A stretch of 64,000 bases of DNA from Convolutriloba macropyga (taxonomy: Eukaryota): NCBI RefSeq assembly GCF_964194025.1, contig NC_134469.1, positions 2,728,001 through 2,792,000 on the forward strand. Direction: 5' to 3'. Positions within the stretch are counted from its first letter, which is position 1; each line of letters opens with the position of its first letter. Below the pieces are notes generated by a model that saw nothing but the letters and a program-made list of their open reading frames with translations, was not told where the DNA came from and did no database searches. Positions 52,801 to 64,000 of this stretch are shown piece by piece. The position numbers were made by a program, and so were the translations under genes.

Positions 52801-55800
52801 TAGTTTTTAGAGTTTTGGAATGTCTTGAACGTGATATGGAATATCTCGAGCTAATCGAATTTAAATGTTAAGAACGCATAAATATAAAATACGCAAAAAT
52901 TCGAAGGTTTCTAACAAAACTGTGTATCGTGTTTTTCTTTGCTTTGCACCTGGTGTCAGGTTCAGGCTTTTGGAGGACTAGCAGTTCGTAGCATTTTGAA
53001 TTTCCAACTAACGTTTCGTGCTCTTGGAGATAACCAAGGAACCTTATATTATTCCTAAGTTGCCTGGATTTTTTCTGTTCTGGATTCTGAGCCTACCCGG
53101 ATTGCTTTGCCTCAATTTCAATAATTAATAATACAATGTTTTCTGTTTTTTTTCTAATTTTGATTTTTTTTGTTTGTGTAGTATCTGGATGGTCGAAGCA
53201 AGCTTTTGATTTTCAATTTTTTTTATTTCTGTTGGTGTTTTCATGTTGTGCGGATGGTGTGTTTCCAAGGTGGGGATGAATTTGATGAAATGGTCACGCT
53301 GTGGAAAAAAAATTCCGAAATGTGCGTTTTGTGGCTTCAAATATTTGGGAGGGTCGTCTACCCCCCCCCCCCAGAAACTTTTTTTATGGTGCCTATCCTC
53401 TTTCTAAAGCGCATAAAAAGTATTGCGAACTTTGTTGAAAAAAGACAGCCTGGCGAAAATTTTCGAAATATTGGATAAATAAGAGCACCTTTGAGAGCAA
53501 AAAGAACAACTTAATATTATAACAATGATTTTTTTTCCTCACCTGAACAAAGTTCAAATTGACTTCTGTTCATGAAAGAAGTGACGCTTTCTCATCACGC
53601 TGACCTTAGGTGGGTGCTCGGTTGTTGTTGTTGTTGCTCTTTCATATTCAAGCCGAGAAGCTGTAAGTTTAGCGTAGATATTTTGCGGGGCTCTGTTTAA
53701 AAATTGACAGAATTTTAATTGTATTGGTGCGCTACCTTTTTCGGAGGTTTTCTTCGTCTTCAACTGATGTCTGTGTTAGTATCTGCCGTTTTATAACTCG
53801 TGAAAACCAGTTTTTAGTTTTTAGAGTTTTGGAATGTCTTGAACGTGATATGGAATATCTCGAGCTAATCGAATTTAAATGTTAAGAACGCATAAATATA
53901 AAATACGCAAAAATTCGAAGGTTTCTAACAAAACTGTGTATCGTGTTTTTCTTTGCTTTGCACCTGGTGTCAGGTTCAGGCTTTTGGAGGACTAGCAGTT
54001 CGTAGCATTTTGAATTTCCAACTAACGTTTCGTGCTCTTGGAGATAACCAAGGAACCTTATATTATTCCTAAGTTGCCTGGATTTTTTCTGTTCTGGATT
54101 CTGAGCCTACCCGGATTGCTTTGCCTCAATTTCAATAATTAATAATACAATGTTTTCTGTTTTTTTTCTAATTTTGATTTTTTTTGTTTGTGTAGTATCT
54201 GGATGGTCGAAGCAAGCTTTTGATTTTCAATTTTTTTTATTTCTGTTGGTGTTTTCATGTTGTGCGGATGGTGTGTTTCCAAGGTGGGGATGAATTTGAT
54301 GAAATGGTCACGCTGTGGAAAAAAAATTCCGAAATGTGCGTTTTGTGGCTTCAAATATTTGGGAGGGTCGTCTACCCCCCCCCCCCCCAGAAACTTTTTT
54401 TATGGTGCCTATCCTCTTTCTAAAGCGCATAAAAAGTATTGCGAACTTTGTTGAAAAAAGACAGCCTGGCGAAAATTTTCGAAATATTAGATAAATAAGA
54501 GCAACTTTGAGAGCAGTAAGAACAACTTAATATTATAACAATGATTTTTTTATTTCCTCACCTAAACAAAGTTCAAATTGACTTCTGTTCGAGAAAGAAG
54601 TGACGCTTTCTCATCACGCTGACCTCAGGTAGGTGCTCGGTTGTTGCTGTTGTTGCTCTTTAATATTCAAGCCGAGAAGCTGTAAGCTTAGCGTAGCTAT
54701 TGTGCCGTGCTCTTTTTAAAAATTGAGAGAATTTAAATTGTATTGGTGCGCTACCTTTTTCGGAGGTTTTCTTCGTCTTTAACTTTTGTCTGTGTTAGTA
54801 TATGCCGTTTTATAACTCGTGAGAACCATTTTTTAGTTTTTAGAGTTTTGGAATGTCTTGAACGTGATATGGAATATCTCGAGCTAATCGAATTTATATG
54901 TTAAGAACGCATAAATATAAAATACGCAAAAGTTCTAAGGTTTCTAAAAAAATTGTGTTTCGTGTTTTTCTTTGCTTTGCACCTGTGTTCAGGTTCAGGC
55001 TTTTGGAGGACTAGCAGTTCGTGGCATTTTGAGTTTCCAACTAACGTTTCGTGATCTTGGAGATAACCAAGGAACCTTATATTATTCCTAAAATGCCTGG
55101 ATTTTTTCTGTTCTGGATTCTGAGCATACCCGGATTGCTTTGCCTCAATTTCAATAATTAATAATACAAAGATTTCTGTTTTTTTTATTTTTTTCTAATT
55201 CTGAATTGTTTTTTTGTTTGTGTAGTATCTGGATGGTTGAAGCAAGCTTTTGATTTTCAATTTATTTTATTTCTGTTGGTGTTTTCATGTTGTATGGATG
55301 GTGTGTTTCCAAGGGGGGATGAATTTGATGAAATGGTCACGCTGTGGAAAAAATTATGAAATGTGCGTTTTGTGGCTTCCAAATATTTGGAGGGGTTGTC
55401 TCCCCCCCCCCCAGAAACGTTTTTTATGGTGCCTATCTTCTTTCTAAAGCGCATAAAAAGTATTGCGAACTTTGTTGAAAAAAGACAGCCTGGCGAAAAT
55501 TTTTGAAATATTGGATAAATAAGAGCAACTTTGAGAGCAGTAAGAACAACTTAATATTATAACAATGATTTTTTTATTTCCTCACCTAAACAAAGTTCAA
55601 ATTGACTTCTGTTCAAGAAAGAAGTGACGCTTTCTCATCACGCTGACCTCAGGTAGGTGCTCGGTTGTTGCTGTTGTTGCTCTTTAATATTCAAGCCGAG
55701 AAGCTGTAAGCTTAGCGTAGCTATTGTGCCGTGCTCTTTTTAAAAATTGAGAGAATTTAAATTGTATTGGTGCGCTACCTTTTTCGGAGGTTTTCTTCGT

Positions 55801-58800
55801 CTTTAACTTTTGTCTGTGTTAGTATATGCCGTTTTATAACTCGTGAGAACCATTTTTTAGTTTTTAGAGTTTTGGAATGTCTTGAACGTGATATGGAATA
55901 TCTCGAGCTAATCGAATTTATATGTTAAGAACGCATAAATATAAAATACGCAAAAGTTCTAAGGTTTCTAAAAAAATTGTGTTTCGTGTTTTTCTTTGCT
56001 TTGCACCTGTGTTCAGGTTCAGGCTTTTGGAGGACTAGCAGTTCGTGGCATTTTGAGTTTCCAACTAACGTTTCGTGATCTTGGAGATAACCAAGGAACC
56101 TTATATTATTCCTAAAATGCCTGGATTTTTTCTGTTCTGGATTCTGAGCATACCCGGATTGCTTTGCCTCAATTTCAATAATTAATAATACAAAGATTTC
56201 TGTTTTTTTATTTTTTTCTAATTCTGAATTGTTTTTTTGTTTGTGTAGTATCTGGATGGTTGAAGCAAGCTTTTGATTTTCAATTATTTTATTTCTGTTG
56301 GTGTTTTCATGTTGTATGGATGGTGTGTTTCCAAGGGGGGATGAATTTGATGAAATGGTCACACTGTGGAAAAAATTATGAAATGTGCGTTTTGTGGCTT
56401 CCAAATATTTGGGAGGGTCGTCTACCCCCCCCCAGAAACTTTTTTTTATGGTGCCTATCCTCTTTCTAAAGCGCATAAAAAGTATTGCGAACTTTGTTGA
56501 AAAAAGACAGCCTGGCGAAAATTTTCGAAATATTAGATAAATAAGAGCAACTTTGAGAGCAGTAAGAACAACTTAATATTATAACAATGAGTTTTTTATT
56601 TCCTCACCTAAACAAAGTTCAAATTGACTTCTGTTCGAGAAAGAAGTGACGCTTTCTCATCACGCTGACCTCAGGTAGGTGCTCGGTTGTTGCTGTTGTT
56701 GCTCTTTAATATTCAAGCCGAGAAGCTGTAAGCTTAGCGTAGCTATTGTGCCGTGCTCTTTTTAAAAATTGAGAGAATTTAAATTGTATTGGTGCGCTAC
56801 CTTTTTCGGAGGTTTTCTTCGTCTTTAACTTTTGTCTGTGTTAGTATATGCCGTTTTATAACTCGTGAGAACCATTTTTTAGTTTTTAGAGTTTTGGAAT
56901 GTCTTGAACGTGATATGGAATATCTCGAGCTAATCGAATTTATATGTTAAGAACGCATAAATATAAAATACGGAAAAGTTCTAAGGTTTCTAAAAAAATT
57001 GTGTTTCGTGTTTTTCTTTGCTTTGCACCTGTGTTCAGGTTCAGGCTTTTGGAGGACTAGCAGTTCGTGGCATTTTGAGTTTCCAACTAACGTTTCGTGA
57101 TCTTGGAGATAACCAAGGAACCTTATATTATTCCTAAAATGCCTGGATTTTTTCTGTTCTGGATTCTGAGCATACCCGGATTGCTTTGCCTCAATTTCAA
57201 TAATTAATAATACAAAGATTTCTGTTTTTTTATTTTTTCTAATTCTGAATTGTTTTTTTGTTTGTGTAGTATCTGGATGGTTGAAGCAAGCTTTTGATTT
57301 TCAATTTATTTTATTTCTGTTGGTGTTTTCATGTTGTATGGATGGTGTGTTTCCAAGGGGGGATGAATTTGATGAAATGGTCACGCTGTGGAAAAAATTA
57401 TGAAATGTGCGTTTTGTGGCTTCCAAATATTTGGAGGGGTTGTCTACCCCCCCCCCCCCAGAAACTTTTTTTATGGTGCCTATCTTCTTTCTAAAGCGCA
57501 TAAAAAGTATTGCGAACTTTGTTGAAAAAAGACAGCCTGGCGAAAATTTTTGAAATATTGGATAAATAAGAGCAACTTTGAGAGCAGTAAGAACAACTTA
57601 ATATTATAACAATGATTTTTTTATTTCCTCACCTAAACAAAGTTCAAATTGACTTCTGTTCAAGAAAGAAGTGACGCTTTCTCATCACGCTGACCTCAGG
57701 TAGGTGCTCGGTTGTTGCTGTTGTTGCTCTTTAATATTCAAGCCGAGAAGCTGTAAGCTTAGCGTAGCTATTGTGCCGTGCTCTTTTTAAAAATTGAGAG
57801 AATTTAAATTGTATTGGTGCGCTACCTTTTTCGGAGGTTTTCTTCGTCTTTAACTTTTGTCTGTGTTAGTATATGCCGTTTTATAACTCGTGAGAACCAT
57901 TTTTTAGTTTTTAGAGTTTTGGAATGTCTTGAACGTGATATGGAATATCTCGAGCTAATCGAATTTATATGTTAAGAACGCATAAATATAAAATACGCAA
58001 AAGTTCTAAGGTTTCTAAAAAAATTGTGTTTCGTGTTTTTCTTTGCTTTGCACCTGTGTTCAGGTTCAGGCTTTTGGAGGACTAGCAGTTCGTGGCATTT
58101 TGAGTTTCCAACTAACGTTTCGTGATCTTGGAGATAACCAAGGAACCTTATATTATTCCTAAAATGCCTGGATTTTTTCTGTTCTGGATTCTGAGCATAC
58201 CCGGATTGCTTTGCCTCAATTTCAATAATTAATAATACAAAGATTTCTGTTTTTTTATTTTTTTCTAATTCTGAATTGTTTTTTTGTTTGTGTAGTATCT
58301 GGATGGTTGAAGCAAGCTTTTGATTTTCAATTTATTTTATTTCTGTTGGTGTTTTCATGTTGTATGGATGGTGTGTTTCCAAGGGGGGATGAATTTGATG
58401 AAATGGTCACGCTGTGGAAAAAATTATGAAATGTGCGTTTTGTGGCTTCGAAATATTTGGGAGGGTCGTCTACCCCCCCCCCCCCCCAGAAACTTTTTTT
58501 ATGGTGCCTATCCTCTTTCTAAAGCGCATAAAAAGTATTGCGAACTTTGTTGAAAAAAGACAGCCTGGCGAAAATTTTTGAAATATTAGATAAATAAGAG
58601 CAACTTTGAGAGCAGTAAGAACAACTTAATATTATAACAATGATTTTTTTATTTCCTCACCTAAACAAAGTTCAAATTGACTTCTGTTCGAGAAAGAAGT
58701 GACGCTTTCTCATCACGCTGACCTCAGGTAGGTGCTCGGTTGTTGCTGTTGTTGCTCTTTAATATTCAAGCCGAGAAGCTGTAAGCTTAGCGTAGCTATT

Positions 58801-61800
58801 GTGCCGTGCTCTTTTTAAAAATTGAGAAAATTTAAATTGTATTGGTGCGCTACCTTTTTCGGAGGTTTTCTTCGTCTTTAACTTTTGTCTGTGTTAGTAT
58901 ATGCCGTTTTATAACTCGTGAGAACCATTTTTTAGTTTTTAGAGTTTTGGAATGTCTTGAACGTGATATGGAATATCTCGAGCTAATCGAATTTATATGT
59001 TAAGAACGCATAAATATAAAATACGCAAAAGTTCTAAGGTTTCTAAAAAAATTGTGTTTCGTGTTTTTCTTTGCTTTGCACCTGTGTTCAGGTTCAGGCT
59101 TTTGGAGGACTAGCAGTTCGTGGCATTTTGAGTTTCCAACTAACGTTTCGTGATCTTGGAGATAACCAAGGAACCTTATATTATTCCTAAAATGCCTGGA
59201 TTTTTTCTGTTCTGGATTCTGAGCATACCCGGATTGCTTTGCCTCAATTTCAATAATTAATAATACAAAGATTTCTGTTTTTTTATTTTTTTCTAATTCT
59301 GAATTGTTTTTTTGTTTGTGTAGTATCTGGATGGTTGAAGCAAGCTTTTGATTTTCAATTTATTTTATTTCTGTTGGTGTTTTCATGTTGTATGGATGGT
59401 GTGTTTCCAAGGGGGGATGAATTTGATGAAATGGTCACGCTGTGGAAAAAATTATGAAATGTGCGTTTTGTGGCTTCCAAATATTTGGAGGGGTTGTCTA
59501 CCCCCCCCCCCAGAAACTTTTTTTATGGTGCCTATCTTTTTTCTAAAGCGCATAAAAAGTATTGCGAACTTTGTTGAAAAAAGACAGCCTGGCGAAAATT
59601 TTTGAAATATTGGATAAATAAGAGCAACTTTGAGAGCAGTAAGAACAACTTAATATTATAACAATGATTTTTTTATTTCCTCACCTAAACAAAGTTCAAA
59701 TTGACTTCTGTTCAAGAAAGAAGTGACGCTTTCTCATCACGCTGACCTCAGGTAGGTGCTCGGTTGTTGCTGTTGTTGCTCTTTAATATTCAAGCCGAGA
59801 AGCTGTAAGCTTAGCGTAGCTATTGTGCCGTGCTCTTTTTAAAAATTGAGAGAATTTAAATTGTATTGGTGCGCTACCTTTTTCGGAGGTTTTCTTCGTC
59901 TTTAACTTTTGTCTGTGTTAGTATATGCCGTTTTATAACTCGTGAGAACCATTTTTTAGTTTTTAGAGTTTTGGAATGTCTTGAACGTGATATGGAATAT
60001 CTCGAGCTAATCGAATTTATATGTTAAGAACGCATAAATATAAAATACGCAAAAGTTCTAAGGTTTCTAAAAAAATTGTGTTTCGTGTTTTTCTTTGCTT
60101 TGCACCTGTGTTCAGGTTCAGGCTTTTGGAGGACTAGCAGTTCGTGGCATTTTGAGTTTCCAACTAACGTTTCGTGATCTTGGAGATAACCAAGGAACCT
60201 TATATTATTCCTAAAATGCCTGGATTTTTTCTGTTCTGGATTCTGAGCATACCCGGATTGCTTTGCCTCAATTTCAATAATTAATAATACAAAGATTTCT
60301 GTTTTTTTATTTTTTTCTAATTCTGAATTGTTTTTTTGTTTGTGTAGTATCTGGATGGTTGAAGCAAGCTTTTGATTTTCAATTTATTTTATTTCTGTTG
60401 GTGTTTTCATGTTGTATGGATGGTGTGTTTCCAAGGGGGGATGAATTTGATGAAATGGTCACGCTGTGGAAAAAATTATGAAATGTGCGTTTTGTGGCTT
60501 CCAAATATTTGGAGGGGTTGTCTACCCCCCCCCCCCCAGAAACTTTTTTTATGGTGCCTATCTTTTTTCTAAAGCGCATAAAAAGTATTGCGAACTTTGT
60601 TGAAAAAAGACAGCCTGGCGAAAATTTTTGAAATATTGGATAAATAAGAGCAACTTTGAGAGCAGTAAGAACAACTTAATATTATAACAATGATTTTTTT
60701 ATTTCCTCACCTAAACAAAGTTCAAATTGACTTCTGTTCAAGAAAGAAGTGACGCTTTCTCATCACGCTGACCTCAGGTAGGTGCTCGGTTGTTGCTGTT
60801 GTTGCTCTTTAATATTCAAGCCGAGAAGCTGTAAGCTTAGCGTAGCTAATGTGCCGTGCTCTTTTTAAAAATTGAGAGAATTTAAATTGTATTGGTGCGC
60901 TACCTTTTTCGGAGGTTTTCTTCGTCTTTAACTTTTGTCTGTGTTAGTATATGCCGTTTTATAACTCGTGAGAACCATTTTTTAGTTTTTAGAGTTTTGG
61001 AATGTCTTGAACGTGATATGGAATATCTCGAGCTAATCGAATTTATATGTTAAGAACGCATAAATATAAAATACGCAAAAGTTCTAAGGTTTCTAAAAAA
61101 ATTGTGTTTCGTGTTTTTCTTTGCTTTGCACCTGTGTTCAGGTTCAGGCTTTTGGAGGACTAGCAGTTCGTGGCATTTTGAGTTTCCAACTAACGTTTCG
61201 TGATCTTGGAGATAACCAAGGAACCTTATATTATTCCTAAAATGCCTGGATTTTTTCTGTTCTGGATTCTGAGCATACCCGGATTGCTTTGCCTCAATTT
61301 CAATAATTAATAATACAAAGATTTCTGTTTTTTTATTTTTTTCTAATTCTGAATTGTTTTTTGTTTGTGTAGTATCTGGATGGTTGAAGCAAGCTTTTGA
61401 TTTTCAATTTATTTTATTTCTGTTGGTGTTTTCATGTTGTATGGATGGTGTGTTTCCAAGGGGGGATGAATTTGATGAAATGGTCACGCTGTGGAAAAAA
61501 TTATGAAATGTGCGTTTTGTGGCTTCCAAATATTTGGGAGGGTCGTCTACCCCCCCCCCCCAGAAACTTTTTTTATGGTGCCTATCCTCTTTCTAAAGCG
61601 CATAAAAAGTATTGCGAACTTTGTTGAAAAAAGACAGCCTGGCGAAAATTTTCGAAATATTAGATAAATAAGAGCAACTTTGAGAGCAGTAAGAACAACT
61701 TAATATTATAACAAATGATTTTTTTATTTCCTCACCTAAACAAAGTTCAAATTGACTTCTGTTCGAGAAAGAAGTGACGCTTTCTCATCACGCTGACCTC

Positions 61801-64000
61801 AGGTAGGTGCTCGGTTGTTGCTGTTGTTGCTCTTTAATATTCAAGCCGAGAAGCTGTAAGCTTAGCGTAGCTATTGTGCCGTGCTCTTTTTAAAAATTGA
61901 GAGAATTTAAATTGTATTGGTGCGCTACCTTTTTCGGAGGTTTTCTTCGTCTTTAACTTTTGTCTGTGTTAGTATATGCCGTTTTATAACTCGTGAGAAC
62001 CATTTTTTAGTTTTTAGAGTTTTGGAATGTCTTGAACGTGATATGGAATATCTCGAGCTAATCGAATTTATATGTTAAGAACGCATAAATATAAAATACG
62101 CAAAAGTTCTAAGGTTTCTAAAAAAATTGTGTTTCGTGTTTTTCTTTGCTTTGCACCTGTGTTCAGGTTCAGGCTTTTGGAGGACTAGCAGTTCGTGGCA
62201 TTTTGAGTTTCCAACTAACGTTTCGTGATCTTGGAGATAACCAAGGAACCTTATATTATTCCTAAAATGCCTGGATTTTTTCTGTTCTGGATTCTGAGCA
62301 TACCCGGATTGCTTTGCCTCAATTTCAATAATTAATAATACAAAGATTTCTGTTTTTTTATTTTTTTCTAATTCTGAATTGTTTTTTTGTTTGTGTAGTA
62401 TCTGGATGGTTGAAGCAAGCTTTTGATTTTCAATTTATTTTATTTCTGTTGGTGTTTTCATGTTGTATGGATGGTGTGTTTCCAAGGGGGGATGAATTTG
62501 ATGAAATGCTCACGCTGTGGAAAAAATTATGAAATGTGCGTTTTGTGGCTTCCAGATATTTGGAGGGGTTGTCTACCCCCCCCCCCCCAGAAACTTTTTT
62601 TATGGTGCCTATCTTCTTTCTAAAGCGCATAAAAAGTATTGCGAACTTTGTTGAAAAAAGACAGCCTGGCGAAAATTTTTGAAATATTGGATAAATAAGA
62701 GCAACTTTGAGAGCAGTAAGAACAACTTAATATTATAACAATGATTTTTTTATTTCCTCACCTAAACAAAGTTCAAATTGACTTCTGTTCAAGAAAGAAG
62801 TGACGCTTTCTCATCACGCTGACCTCAGGTAGGTGCTCGGTTGTTGCTGTTGTTGCTCTTTAATATTCAAGCCGAGAAGCTGTAAGCTTAGCGTAGCTAT
62901 TGTGCCGTGCTCTTTTTAAAAATTGAGAGAATTTAAATTGTATTGGTGCGCTACCTTTTTCGGAGGTTTTCTTCATCTTTAACTTTTGTCTGTGTTAGTA
63001 TATGCCGTTTTATAACTCGTGAGAACCATTTTTTAGTTTTTAGAGTTTTGGAATGTCTTGAACGTGATATGGAATATCTCGAGCTAATCGAATTTATATG
63101 TTAAGAACGCATAAATATAAAATACGCAAAAGTTCTAAGGTTTCTAAAAAAATTGTGTTTCGTGTTTTTCTTTGCTTTGCACCTGTGTTCAGGTTCAGGC
63201 TTTTGGAGGACTAGCAGTTCGTGGCATTTTGAGTTTCCAACTAACGTTTCGTGATCTTGGAGATAACCAAGGAACCTTATATTATTCCTAAAATGCCTGG
63301 ATTTTTTCTGTTCTGGATTCTGAGCATACCCGGATTGCTTTGCCTCAATTTCAATAATTAATAATACAAAGATTTCTGTTTTTTTATTTTTTTCTAATTC
63401 TGAATTGTTTTTTGTTTGTGTAGTATCTGGATGGTTGAAGCAAGCTTTTGATTTTCAATTTATTTTATTTCTGTTGGTGTTTTCATGTTGTATGGATGGT
63501 GTGTTTCCAAGGGGGGATGAATTTGATGAAATGGTCACGCTGTGGAAAAAATTATGAAATGTGCGTTTTGTGGCTTCCAAATATTTGGGAGGGTCGTCTA
63601 CCCCCCCCCCCCAGAAACTTTTTTTATGGTGCCTATCCTCTTTCTAAAGCGCATAAAAAGTATTGCGAACTTTGTTGAAAAAAGACAGCCTGGCGAAAAT
63701 TTTCGAAATATTAGATAAATAAGAGCAACTTTGAGAGCAGTAAGAACAACTTAATATTATAACAAATGATTTTTTTATTTCCTCACCTAAACAAAGTTCA
63801 AATTGACTTCTGTTCGAGAAAGAAGTGACGCTTTCTCATCACGCTGACCTCAGGTAGGTGCTCGGTTGTTGCTGTTGTTGCTCTTTAATATTCAAGCCGA
63901 GAAGCTGTAAGCTTAGCGTAGCTATTGTGCCGTGCTCTTTTTAAAAATTGAGAGAATTTAAATTGTATTGGTGCGCTACCTTTTTCGGAGGTTTTCTTCG
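49897..64000. repeat. Long-period satellite, ~1025-bp monomer, about 14 units, running off the window; A/B dimer higher-order pattern
   Basis: The same spurious ORF recurs at 57294, 58320, 59348, 60372, 61397, 62423 and 63448; proximal units are diverged and partly deleted. Confidence 0.98.

Noticed and set aside
49753-63678. Cys/Trp/Phe-rich ORFs in the ~1025-bp array, including the 183-aa minus-strand ORF
   Set aside because: Frames change with poly-C length between units and the composition follows the T/G-rich DNA; no sign of coding constraint.

Overview
This is AT-rich, intron-rich eukaryotic DNA, most likely from an invertebrate animal; the species cannot be determined from the sequence. 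Two host genes lie on the + strand. (1) A PP2C/PPM-family Ser/Thr phosphatase of the C. elegans T23F11.1/ppm-2 or yeast Ptc2/3 type has five phase-compatible coding exons at 4525-26154; its first coding exon is not found and probably lies upstream of the window. (2) ALKBH5, the m6A RNA demethylase, has three coding exons at 45112-49286 (317 aa), and homology forces a non-canonical GT-TG first intron. Two long-period tandem arrays bracket the window: 1183-bp units at 1-3305 and ~1025-bp units from ~49900 to the end, the latter with an A/B dimer structure. The rest is transposon debris: a decayed Ty3/Gypsy pol, an SGNH-hydrolase-like ORF, an OTU-protease-like relic and several MITEs. The two most notable structures are (a) a co-oriented family of short elements with Helentron/HINE (DINE-1-like) ends, most carrying an internal tRNA-derived Pol III A/B-box cassette, and (b) two copies of a TTAA-bounded double-hairpin element placed 22 nt before and 15 nt after the ALKBH5 exon 1-2 block, a possible back-splicing geometry. 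Most ORFs in the supplied track are spurious. All alignments were done by eye.
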